Made by a program: the position numbers and the translations under genes | Assembly: GCA_965112735.1 (NCBI GenBank) | Contig: OZ218961.1 | Span: 2,666,001-2,730,000, forward strand | Reading direction: 5' to 3' | DNA: 64,000 nucleotides | Origin: Phaeosaccion multiseriatum | Lineage: Eukaryota; Protista; Ochrophyta, other classes | Notes under the pieces: model-generated | Told to the model about the DNA's origin: nothing | The model's input: only the letters and a program-made list of their open reading frames with translations | Databases searched by the model: none | In this document: positions 50,703-62,509 of the stretch, piece by piece | Layout: each line of letters opens with the position of its first letter | How positions within the stretch are numbered: the first letter of the stretch is position 1

Positions 50703-52200
50703 ATGGCAACATTGGTGACGGGAGCGCGCAGCCATGAGATCATCGACGTGACTCACAGCGACGATGCTCAACGCTGCATGCTTCTGACGCTGAACGAAAA
50801 GGACACCCTTGGCGACATCGAGTGCGCTCTCCAGAAGCAGCTGGTAAGGGCCGACGATGCCCTCTTCCACGTTGACAAGCTGGTGCAGGGCGGCAGTGCG
50901 CTGGCGAGGGAGTCGGGGGAATAGATTGGACTGTTTGGCATTGTGGGAGCGTCCATCCTCTTACCTGGAACGCCCCTGTCCCTGTGAAGATTATGATCAG
51001 CGAGGGCGAGACGCGCTCCTTCGCTCAAGAACTTGTGGTGAGAGCGTGGCCGTGGACTCTTTGGACCCCGAAGGCCTGGCTTGGGTGGCGAGGGAGGGAT
51101 ACACAGATGGCGTGCTCAAGTGTCTGGCCTCTGTGGTCCGTTCTCACGTCGCCACCGGCCGCCCTCCCACTCCTACTCCATGACCTGCCAATGCTCATCA
51201 AGGCTTCCTCCGTGCAGGAACCCGATCACATCTTGGTCAGGCTGATCGAGGGAAACACCGTGACCCTTACTATCAGGCCCACGGACGCCATCGCCTCTGT
51301 GGTGGAGCGCCTCACCAGCAGCAAGGGAGTGCCCTCTACCTCGGAGCAGTACCTTCGCTTCGCAGCCAAGCCGCTTGCGACCGCAGCTCACTGTCGCTGA
51401 CTACCACATCACGGCGAACAGCACCCTGTACATCTCGCTGAAGCTCAAGGGTGGTCGTGAAGCTCCTCGCGTGATGTTCGCAGACGTCTCCGACAGCTCG
51501 GCCGCGACTATTCCCCACTGGGGCTCCTCCTCGCCAGCTTTGAGGAAAGCGCGTAAAGGTCTATGCCTGGAGAGTGTGTGCACTAACTTAAGCTACTAGG
51601 CCTGCTACAAGCACTTCATTCCGAAGTGGGGCTTCAATGACGTCGACTTCATCCCGCAGCAGAGCCCCGGCCAAGCACACGGCCGGGGACCCGCGTGCCC
51701 CATGTGCGCCGAGCCCGTCACACCTGCCATGAGCGGTTTCAACAACTGCGTGTGGCGCGCATGTCCGGCATCAAGGCCGACGAGGGGGGCGACGCCGTCA
51801 CCCTCCACCCAGTGGAAGCAAGTGGGGCACGAGTACCTCGCCTTCAAAGCGAGCTCGAGCGTGGCCTGGAGCAGACTCCTACTGCAAGTAAGGAGGCCCA
51901 CCGTCTGCCCCGAGAGCTTGCCGCTGATGCGCGTGGTCGCATCAAGCTCGGAGGTGGTCCCTCTTCCGGAAGATCCCATGCTCTGGAGCGGCTGCTGTTC
52001 TATCTGCCTGGAGCCCTGCAGCAGCTCCAGCGCCACGAAGGCCACGAAGATGAGCTGCGGTCACCGCTTGCACCGCACCTGCTACCTCAGGATGAAGAGC
52101 AACATGTCCTCCACCACTTGCCCCCTGTGCCGCGCGGAAGGGGCGAGCACGAGCACGACAACTTTGAGTCTGCGGTATGCCGGACGCACGCACGCACGCA
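50703..52200 (+). pseudogene. Ubiquitin-like domain + Cys-rich domain + RING-H2 protein pseudogene, copy 1
   Basis: HILVRLIEGNTVTLTI..EQYLRFAAKPL..TVADYHITANSTLYISLKLKGG with a frameshift near 51374; in-frame TAG at 51597-51599; GLCLESVCTN..CPMC..GFNNCVW; RING CSICLE..CGHRLHRTC..CPLC. Confidence 0.72.
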
Positions 52201-52202
52201 GG

Positions 52203-52251
<49 letters not shown>

Positions 52252-52740
52252 ACACACGCAACCGCCCATACTCTCCATGCTCCAAACGGAATGAGTGTAG
52301 TTGGCGTCACGTGGTGACGGCCCAAGGGTAGTATTCAAAACAAAGCCAGTTAGCAACAGTCTGGGTACGCACACACGCACGACCTTTGAAAGCCGCCGCG
52401 GCACCAGACTCGGTGATCAGAAGTTTGGGTTGGGCGGATTGAGCAGCGGCAAGGAATGAAGAATCGATGCACTTCTCCTGCTGCACAGGAAAAGAAGCAT
52501 ATTTATTCAAAGCCAAACCGTGTCTGCCGCTTGTCTCACTCAGCGAGACTCGCTGGGCCTGTGCCACCCATTGCTCGCTTCACCGACCCTCGCCGACTCG
52601 CTCAGACTCCACCTCTCTCTTCGTGGCACCTCCAGCATGTATGGCTGCTTCAACCCCCCCCCTCTTAGTTTTCGTCTGCTCACAGCCGCCGCTGCCTCAT
52701 CTCCTTGATGGTCTCAACAAGGCTTTCAGCCCCATGCACG

Positions 52741-52870
52741 CCTAGCGGTTTTGCTCTAGGCCGCTAGGCCGCTCGGCCTTCGGCCGATCTAGGCCTAGGC
52801 CGGCGGCCTCCAGCCGCTCTAGGCCGCTCACTTTTCAACCCTAGGCGGCCTCTAGCCCGCCTCTAGGCAG
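52741..52870. repeat. CTAGG-rich repeat element, present in duplication unit 1 only; inverted homolog of 20-150
   Basis: Absent at the equivalent site of unit 2 (~61830-61860); aligns with the reverse complement of 20-150. Confidence 0.6.
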
Positions 52871-53616
52871 CCTCCCAGTGACCGTGGGCGCGTGCGTGGT
52901 GCCGCCCAGCCAGTGGGTAGCACCCCTGTAGGCCTGCACTCCTCTAAGGGGCCTACTCCTCACTTCCAAACCCATGCAATACATATTACGCTAGGCCAGC
53001 AATAGCGAACAGATCCCTTCTCTGAAACGTCACTCTCGAGTACTGTCACGATTGGGGAGAAAGTATCTCGAGCGGGAGACGGATCACCGCGGAGGCCTCC
53101 CCGGCAAAGCTGAGGCCTTTATTTATTCCCCAGCTGGGAACATCGCGTGACCGTTTGCACAGCCCCTTTGCTGCACCATCATCGACGCGAATCTTTCATA
53201 CGACCCGATGGTGGTGTCTTTCTCTACACCAACATTGTACCGCTCCTAAGTGCTGGCACAAGCCTCTCCCACCCCCCCCCCCCCCCGGACTCCATAAAGT
53301 CAAGCACAAATAGAAAACCGTCATGATTACGTAAGGATGGGGAACGTTCCTTTTTGGATCTTCCGTCTGCCCTTCCCCCTCCTCGTTTCCTTCCTCATAT
53401 TCCACAGTCCACAGCAGCTACAAAGAAGAGACAGACCAGGAACGCTTATCTCATCACCGCCAAGAAGAACTCCGTGCTTCTACGCCAGTCAGCCTTCAGG
53501 TTAGTCAAGAGAGCAGCAGGAGCAGCCAGAGGATCTTTTTCGGCAGTGTGAGCGACGAGGAGTAGTAGAAGCCGCAGTGGAAGAAGCAGCAGTAGCAGCA
53601 GAAGCAGCAGCCAGAA

Positions 53617-56475
53617 TGTCCCTTCGTGATGCTATCACTGCCGCAGAGGCCGTTGTGCTGCAGCTTAAGCAGGAAATTGAGGATGCCTTCCCGTCGAGGT
53701 GTGCCATCACGTCGAGCGACTGCACGGCCTCCCACAATAGCGCTTGCAGCAGCATCAGGAGTGGGGCCACCTGCGAGGTGGACGGGGTGCTCGACGAATG
53801 CGAAGAGGAGTCTTGCGGGTGAGTAGGAAGTAGGCACCACGCCGACGAGTCTTCCCATCCAACTAATAAAGCCTGGCCTTCCTCTCTCTTATTTTATTGA
53901 ACTTCTCTCTCCTCGCTCCCGTGCTCAGATACCTTGTCGACAAAACGCTGAGTGTGGCGAGGATTCCCGCGGCTCTAGCTGATGGAGAGAGCGGAAACCC
54001 CACGGAGGCAAGTCTTATTGAAGCTGCGTGCTTCTCGGGACTGATTGAAGGTGAGCGAGAGGCAGGAGGAGGGGTAGAGGGGCCTAAAACAGGAGTTGAG
54101 CACATCGTTAATATCACTAGTCTCTCTCCCTCTCCCCCACTTGACATTTGACAGACTCTCTCAAGTCTGCCTACGATGATAACAACGAGAGGTACGGACT
54201 TGAAGCAGCCTTCTTCGGGAGCTGGAGCGGTGTCTTTCGGTACTTTCCTGGCATCGCTGAGGAAGAATGCGGCAACTTCGACCCGCGCTTAAGGTAGGGG
54301 CCACGTACGTGCTTCCGGCCTCTCTTGTGTACCGTCGATGGACTCAGTATCGGCCCCCCCTGCTCCCGTCCCCATTCATCTCTGTACGCAGGCCCTGGTT
54401 CGTTGGAGCGAGCAGCGGGCCTAAGGATATCGTCATCATCCTCGACACGTCGGGGAGCATGAGATTTGAGGGCAAGATGGAGCTCGCCATCGAAGCGGTG
54501 CAGACGGTGCTCACCGGGATGACCTTCGACCACTACGTCAACGTCATCTCTTTCGACACCTCGGCAGAGGTGCTCAGCCTCAGTACGGATTCGCTACTGC
54601 AGGTACTGGGGTTGTCTATCTGGACAGCTGTTCCCTTTCCATCATTTGTACTGGCTGACAAACTGCGCTCTGCTGCTGCCCACCAGGCCACGGAAGAAAA
54701 CCTGCTTGCTCTCTCTGGGCTGGTCGGCCAATTGTCTCCCAACGGCGGGACGAACTTCTACGAAGGTGAGCGAGAAGCGCTCTCTGAAATCTGTCCAGCA
54801 GTTGCTTCTGTACTCACGTATGTGTCTCCTTGTCGTGCCATCCATCATGGGCTCCAACCCTCTGCGGCAGCCTTCGACTTGGCGTTCGATCTCATCGAGA
54901 GGTGAGCCTAGCCAAGTCAAGCGAAGAGCATCACATACGCACTGGCTGCAGCAATCCCCGGATTGGGCACCTCACCTCACTTACGTCACCTCACGTACGT
55001 ACCTGTTCCGTTTGCTTCGCTTGCAATTGTTGGTTCTATATGCCTTCCACAGCTCCGTCGCTAGCGGCAACACGGCGGGATGCCACACTACGATTCTTTT
55101 CCTCACTGATGGTAAGCAAGCTCAAGCCGAACAGCTACGGAAGCGTGCTGTACTGCACAAGCAATAAGATACATTAGAGTTGGGACTCAGGGCCACCCAC
55201 ACGGATGGCTGACGCTTCGTTCTCCTCTGCTCTCTGCTCTGGCTACTGACTCCAGGAGAGATCAGTGACGGACCGCTGGATCCGCTGGAGACGACAGGCC
55301 TCATCGAGACCAGAAACGCGGACATTGGTGCGGAAATCTTCACCTTCTCCTTCGGCGAGGACGCAGACCAAGACATGACACAGACGATAGCCTGTGAGGC
55401 GGGCGGAGTCTACCGTCACGTCAGCAGCACCGACGATCTCACGGGGGCAATGGCGTCGTACTACCAGCTCTACGCCGTCGGGAGTGGAAACAGCAGCTCA
55501 CAAAACCTCACAACCTGGACTGAGCCCTACATCTTCGACACGAGCGGCCAGTTGGGCACTACTTGCGCGGCGTCTGCCTACGACCACAGCACCAGGTAGG
55601 CGGCTTACAAGCGAGATGTTGCTGTCCGCGTGGCTTGGAACCCGGAAAGCAGCCAGACCTGTTCCCTCGCTTAGTGTGGCCTCCATCCTCCCCCTCTCTC
55701 GCTCTGCGTCTTGCCTCTCTCCTCTCCGCAGCCCCTCCACCTTCCTGGGGGTGGTGGCAGTGGACTTTACGCTGTCGACCTTCACAGACCTCAACGTGGA
55801 GTACAACTTTGTCCTTGACCGGCTCGTCGCAGAGTCAAGCACGTGCCCAGTCTTCGAGCTGTCCGAGTGCAACAAGCAGGCCTACAGAGCCTCCATCTCT
55901 GACGCCAGCGTGTGCGCGAGCCAGTGCGAGTCTACTCAGGTTGGTCTTCGCCGCTCAGGGAGCGAGTCAACGGGGTGGCGGGGCGAGCTCGTCGCTCCTG
56001 TCGTCCTCCCACTGCAGGAAGCAAGCGCTGATTGCCGCCCGTCCCCCTCTGCCCCCCTCCTACCCCGCTGCAGGAGCTCACTCCCAAGGACTGCATGCCC
56101 ACCGGGGAGTACCCAAGAACGCTATGGACCAACACAGACGCCGCTAACTGGTCGTACGTGGCGCGGGCGTGCTGCGATACCGGTTCCCACGCTGACGCCA
56201 GCGTGCAAGAGCCTACGTGCTTCGTGACGACACACAAACGGGAGCCGAATTACGATCCTACCTATATCATTATCATTGTGTGTTTCTGCGTTTTTGCCCT
56301 CATCGCGTTTGATTCTCTTTTTTTTTTTTCCTCTTTGATCGCCGCCGCTCTTTGTCGACAGCAGAGTCGCAAGCGTGATGCGAGAGGCCAGTCACACGCT
56401 ACGGAAACCCAAACTCGGCCAGCAGCAGAAGTAGCAGCAGAAGCAACAGCAGAAGCAAGATTAGGCGGCGTCTAG
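53617..56475 (+). CDS. VWA/Cache (calcium-channel alpha2delta / CACHD1-like) membrane protein, ~9 exons, copy 1; 5' end uncertain
   Basis: FFGSWSGVFRYFPG..FDPRLR|PWFVGASSGPKDIVIILDTSGSM (MIDAS DxSxS), GGTNFYE, ILFLTDG, IFTFSFG, IACEAGG, WTEPY, GVVAVDF and a C-terminal TM segment YIIIIVCFCVFALIAF; short GT-AG introns. No signal peptide found. Confidence 0.8.
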
Positions 56476-56899
56476 GAAGAAGAAGGATGATGGGAAGGAG
56501 AGCGTCGCTGATGCGCTGGTCGCCTTCTTGAGAGAGATTGGCAAGGCCGGGATCGGGCAAGATAGCAAAACGAGAGTGAATGCCCTCATGAAGTCGCTAA
56601 TGAGTAGTGTACTGTCTTCTTCCTCCTCTGCCCAAGTCCAATGGAAACCACGACCTTACATGTTCCTTCACGCTTGAAGTTAGCCTCCTCTTCTTATGCA
56701 GGCTCCCCATCTAAAACGAGACACTACAAGGGTGCTCAAATTGCACGCTGCTCCCCTTGGGGGCCGAGTGGCCTTGCTTCGCCAAAGGGTGCCCACCCAA
56801 CCTACATCTCATAATGCAGGGCCACAGAGCACGCACACCTGCCGCAGTACCTCACAAGAGTCAGGACACCAGGACTCTGCCGTATAGCTGAAGCTTTCA

Positions 56900-57360
56900 C
56901 GCCCACTCTTCCTCAGCTCCACAGCGCTCGAGACATTGGAGCGGCTGAGTCCTCCGGCACGATCGAGCAGTAGTGACGAGATCAGACGTCAGGCAACTCT
57001 CCCTCTCTCCTCGGCCTCCTCCCTGCTGCTGATGCATCCATGCCTCTTGCACATTCCGTCCATCCCTCCCTGCCCTGCTGCTTATCACACTCGCCAAACC
57101 GACAGCGCTTGAGCTCAGCCCACCAGTGAAACACACAGACGCCACCTCGGTACATCTGCTTTTGGCACCCGGCCAGCTGCTCGGCAGCGCTTGACCTGAG
57201 CCCCGTGAGACACGCACACACCGCCTTGCTTTACCTTCTTCTGCATAGAGGAGAGGTAGGTACCGTGATGTCGCCAGCAAGGCCCTTGTCGTTCTGCCCC
57301 CTTGTCACACACTTCAACAGTGCATCTCTCAGTACGGACAGGCATGATCTGCACTCGCTT
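56900..57360 (-). pseudogene. WRKY19-like C-x4-C..C-x2-H zinc-finger repeat relic with frameshifts
   Basis: RCTVEVCDKGAERQGPCWRH, KKVKQGGVCVSHGAQVKRC, GCQKQMYRGGVCVFH and KRCRFGECDK are split across frames. Confidence 0.6.
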
Positions 57361-57624
57361 TTCTCCTCTGCTCTAGCCACGGAAGCAGCAGCGCTCAAAA
57401 GGAGCCCCCCCCTCCCCCGCTGGGGTTGGAAGCTTCCTTCTTGCTGATCATCCCTCCCCCGCTGCGGTTGGGCTCCTGTGTGATCAGTGGTGTTACATGG
57501 GATTGTAGCACCCTAGTGTGGCGACACGCATCTGATGGGGTGGGTGTTGGTGATTAGTAGAGACCCCTGGTGGATTGATCCTGGCCTGCAACTTGTAGCT
57601 TCAAGCGCCATGCTATGCATTGGG

Positions 57625-58050
57625 TATCTCGCGGGTGTGATGAGCAGGCGAGGGGGGGGGATGGACGGGATGTGCAAGAGGCATGCGCGTATCAGCAGGG
57701 AGGAGGCCGAGGAGACGAGCAGCAGCGCTCAAGAAGCCCCTCCCCCCCGCGACAGCCGCCGCGAGGAGGGGGAGGCGTGTACGTCAGGGGGGACGCAAGA
57801 AGCGAGGAGCAAGGAAGCCGCGCACCACCTCTCGCCCTGCTTCTGCTGCTCGTGGACAGGAGGAAGGGGAAGAGGAGGGGCACACCCGCCGCCCCCGTGC
57901 AGCCAAAAGAGGAAGGCACTCCGTGTGGGGGACGAGGTGCAGCTGCCCAAGAGATTCCGCATGTACCATTGAGTGCATAGTGGGGCGGCGATGGGCTCAC
58001 AGACGCTCGAGAGCGAGCGCGTGTGCGAAGGCAGGGCGGTGGCCATCCGT
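57625..58050 (+). pseudogene. Degenerate Cys/His-rich zinc-finger relic, copy 2
   Basis: Duplicate of 48420-48850. Confidence 0.35.
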
Positions 58051-58368
58051 CAGGCGTGATGCAATATCTACTACTACTATGTAATGCACAATCATATATT
58101 CACACTGCACCTCCCTCTAGTCTTCTCACTCATGGTTGTCTTCCTCCTCCTCCCCTTTTTCCGCATCGCGACCCGAAAGCTGAAAGCTCCGGGCATTGTA
58201 CTTTGTGTCGACTGTGCCCGTTCCCGTCGAGCCCCTTTCGGCGATCCACTGCCGAAGCTCTCTGTCGCCCGCCTCTGTCTCTGCCTCGCAGAGGCTCTGC
58301 CGTATCTATACCCATCCTCGTCCATACCAAAGGCCATGAGTACTAGAGAGCCACGTGCTCCTCATGAG

Positions 58369-59674
58369 TCAGTCTTGATCAGTCACCCCCGCCCCTCCCC
58401 TCCCCCCCCTCCCGCTGCTCCTCCTCCCCCCTCCTCCTCCTCCCGTGCCTCGGGGCCGTGCCTGGCCGGCGTTTGCCTGCTGCTCCTGCTGCTCCACTTG
58501 CTCCAGCGGCGGTCGGGATGGACGTTGCCGACGACTGTGCGAGCCTCTGCTGCCGCACTCTCCGTCGAACACCTGCCACGGCCGGACGAAGAGAAGGAGA
58601 GTCAGTCAGGGCAGAGCCGCTTGAGGGGACGCCACAATAGGTGGTGTGAAAAGGATCGACGAAAAGGATTGACAAGGCGGAGCGGTCATCTACTCGTGAA
58701 TGAGCGAATACCTCATCTCAAATAAGGGGTAGGTTGGGCTTCGATAGGAAACAGCCAAAACACGTCACTTACATAGTCCATCCCCGCCCCGCAGCGGTTG
58801 GCATTCACCAAGCGACACGTGTTGGAGTACGTACTGTATGAGGTGCCGTCGTATGCACAGATTGGGGTGTAGTCGGCCGGACAGGCGGCAAGAGGGTCGC
58901 AAGGCCGCCGCCCTCCCTCCTCTTCCGCTGGAGTCTCAGCTGGACCGGCGCCATTAGCTGCCAGACACGAGCCCCCAGTTATCTCCCGCTGCAGGGCTTC
59001 GTGTTGCTCTGGGCTCAGCCTGTCCCACGGTGTCGGACTGTTGCACAAAGTCGTCACGTACATGGTAGCGTCGGACTCTGGCTCTTCGTTGTCGGCCGTT
59101 CCGAGGGGAAAGAGGTATCTGCGTGGGCGAGTGAGGGTCGAGAGGGCGCAGCAACAGCAGTAGAAGCAAGCTGAGCAAGGAGAGCCAGACAGGGGCGGGG
59201 CGACCAGCGACCCCCGGAGTGAAGGGGGCTGCCGTGTGATGCACGGATGAAGAGTAAAGCTTCACGCACCTCTCGCCCACGGTGAGACGGACGCCACAGG
59301 CGGCGCTGCTGGCCGGCGTTGAGATGCGTACGAACCTTCGCGGAGCCTCAAGGCCTCTGAAGTAGCTCCCGACTCCAACGCGATAGATCACTGCATTGCG
59401 TCCCTGGGAGTCCACAGGCGGCCCCTCTAGGTTCAGCACCTCTCCGCTCAGCAGGGTGTCTTGTTGATCCCGCACGAGAGAGGGAAGGGGAAGGGGAAAT
59501 TATATTAGAAGGAAGTGCTACTTAAAGCGCTACCTTTCTCTCTCTGTCTCTCTCCCACTCACCTGCAGATCTAATCTGGTGGCAGAAGGAGCGACGGGCA
59601 CAACGGCAGCTGCAAGCCTCACGGACAAGGCTACTGATACACACCAGAAGCAGGAAGGGGCGAGGGAGGAACAT
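58369..59674 (-). CDS. Secreted TIMP-like + Kazal inhibitor fusion, copy 2; exons 59674-59563, 59459-59270, 59118-58773, 58572-58369
   Basis: Same exon structure as copy 1 with an intact frame; differences include K->N in exon 3 and one extra Gly in exon 4. Confidence 0.82.
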
Positions 59675-59901
59675 TTTTCGCGAGCCGAGCCTTACCCCCC
59701 TTTTTACGACTTTAAGTTCCCTCTATCCTTCCTCTTGCTCTTCTTATACGTCTATACTGTCACTCCGCAAGCCCTCTCCCGTCAGTGCCTCCCGTCAGTG
59801 CCTCCCGTCCCGTCTGATGCACATCTGGTACCATCGGAAAAGGGCTCTCGTCCCCTCTCTCTCCACCTCATTAGGACTCAACCAAAGCAAAGCTTGTCAC
59901 C

Positions 59902-61310
59902 ATGGCAACATTGGTGACGGGAGCGCGCAGCCATGAGATCATCGACGTGACTCACAGCGACGATGCTCAACGCTGCATGCTTCTGACGCTGAACGAAAAG
60001 GACACCCTTGGCGACATCGAGTGCGCTCTCCAGAAGCAGCTGGTAAGGGCCGACGATGCCCTCTTCCACGTTGACAAGCTGGTGCAGGGCGGCAGTGCGC
60101 TGGCGAGGGAGTCGGGGGAATAGATTGGACTGTTTGGCATTGTGGGAGCGTCCATCCTCTTACCTGGAACGCCCCTGTCCCTGTGAAGATTATGATCAGC
60201 GAGGGCGAGACGCGCTCCTTCGCTCAAGAACTTGTGGTGAGAGCGTGGCCGTGGACTCTTTGGACCCCGAAGGCCTGGCTTGGGTGGCGAGGGAGGGATA
60301 CACAGATGGCGTGCTCAAGTGTCTGGCCTCTGTGGTCCGTTCTCACGTCGCCACCGGCCGCCCTCCCACTCCTACTCCATGACCTGCCAATGCTCATCAA
60401 GGCTTCCTCCGTGCAGGAACCCGATCACATCTTGGTCAGGCTGATCGAGGGAAACACCGTGACCCTTACTATCAGGCCCACGGACGCCATCGCCTCTGTG
60501 GTGGAGCGCCTCACCAGCAGCAAGGGAGTGCCCTCTACCTCGGAGCAGTACCTTCGCTTCGCAGCCAAGCCGCTTGCGACCGCAGCTCACTGTCGCTGAC
60601 TACCACATCACGGCGAACAGCACCCTGTACATCTCGCTGAAGCTCAAGGGTGGTCGTGAAGCTCCTCGCGTGATGTTCGCAGACGTCTCCGACAGCTCGG
60701 CCGCGACCATTCCCCACTGGGGCTCCTCCTCGCCAGCTTTGAGGAAAGCGCGCAAAGGTCTATGCCTGGAGAGTGTGTGCACTAACTTAAGCTGCTAGGC
60801 CTGCTACAAGCACTTCATTCCGAAGTGGGGCTTCAATGACGTCGACTTCATCCGGCAGCAGAGCCCCGGTCAAGCACACGGCCAGGGACCCGTGTGCCCC
60901 CATGTGCGCCGAGCCCGTCACACCCGCCATGAGCGGTTTCAACAAATGCGTGTGGCGCATGTCCGGCATCAAGGCCGACGAGGGGGGCGACGCCGTCACC
61001 TCCACCCAGTGGAAGCAAGTGGGGCACGAGTACCTCGCCTTGAAAACGAGCTCGAGCGTGGCCTGGAGCAGACTCCTACTGCAAGTAAGGAGGCCCACCG
61101 TCTGCCCCGAGAGCTTGCCGCTGATGCGCGTGGTCGCATCAATCAATCAAGCTCGGAGGTGGTCCCTCTTCCGGAAGATCCCATGCTCTGGAGCGGCTGC
61201 TGTTCTATCTGCCTGGAGCCCTACAGCAGCTCCAGCGCCACGAAGGCCACGAAGATGAGCTGCGGGGCGAGCACGAGCACGACAACTTTGAGTCTGCGGT
61301 ATGCCGCACG
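59902..61310 (+). pseudogene. Ubiquitin-like/Cys-rich/RING pseudogene, copy 2 (second half of the RING deleted)
   Basis: Shares the frameshift and TAG stop of copy 1; has an ~81-bp deletion after KMSCG and an extra aatc insertion near 61141. Confidence 0.72.
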
Positions 61311-62509
61311 CACGCACACACACATACACACACACACATACACACACACACGCAACCGCCCATACTTTCCATGTTCCAAACGGAATGAGTGTAGTTGGCG
61401 TCACGTGGTGACGACCCCAAGGGTAGCAATCAAAACAAGGCCAGTGAGCAACAATTTTCTCTGCCTGACGCGAACGCACACACGCGCGATCTTTGAAAGC
61501 CGTCGCGGCACCAGACTGGTGGTAGAGAAGTTTGGGTTGGGCGGATTGAGCAGCGGCAAGGAAAGAAGAATCGATGCACTTCTCCTGCTGCACAGGAAAA
61601 GAAGCATATTTATTTAAAGCCAAACCGTGTCTGCCGCTTGTCTCACTCAGCGAGACTCGCTGGGCCTGTGCCACCCATTGCTCGCTTCACCGACCCTCGC
61701 CGACTCGCTCCAACTCCACCTCTCTCTTCGTGGCACCTCCAGCATGTTTGGCTGCTTCAACTCCCCCCTTCTTATTTTTCGTCTGCTCACAGCCGCCGCT
61801 GCCTCGTCTCCTTGATGGTCTCAACAAGGCTTCCATCGCTGGCTGTTTGTCTTGGAAGCGGCCCAGCCAGACACACCGCTACTACGTTAGGCCAGCAATG
61901 GCGAAAGGTCTGAGATCTCTTCTCTGAAACGTCACTCTCGAGTGCTGTCACGATTGGGGAGAAAGTATCTCGAGCGGGAGACGGATCACCGCGGAGGCCT
62001 CCCCGGCAAAGCTGAGGCCTTCATTTATTCCCCAGCTGGGAACATCGCGTGACCGTTTGCACAGCCCCTTTGCTGCATCATCATCGACGCGAATCTTTCA
62101 TACGACCCGATGGTGGTGTCTTTCTCTACACCAACATTGTACCGCTCCTAAGTGCTGGCACAAGCCTCTCCAACCCCCCCCCCCCGGACTTCATAAAGTC
62201 AAGCACAAATCGAAAACCGTCATAATTACGTAAGGATGGGGAACGTTCCTTTTTGGATCTTCCCTCTGCCTTCCCCTCCTCGTTTCCTTCCTCATATTCC
62301 ACAGTCCACAGCAGCTACAAAGAAGAGACAGACCAGGAACGCTTATCTCATCACCGCCAAGAAGAAGTCCGTGCTTCTACGCCAGTCAGCCTTCAGGTTG
62401 TCAAGAGAGCAGCAGGAGCAGCCAGAGGATCTTTTTCGTAGTGTGAGCGACGAGGAGCAGTCGAAGCCGCAGTGGAAGATGCAGCAGTAGCGCAGAAGCA
62501 GCAGCCAGA

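Larger units (their letters stand above)
48258..57465. repeat. Tandem segmental duplication, unit 1 (~9.2 kb)
   Basis: ggttgggctcctgtgtgatcagtggtg starts at both 48258 and 57466. The copies are colinear with offsets of about 9208, 9199 and 8891-8907. Confidence 0.95.
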
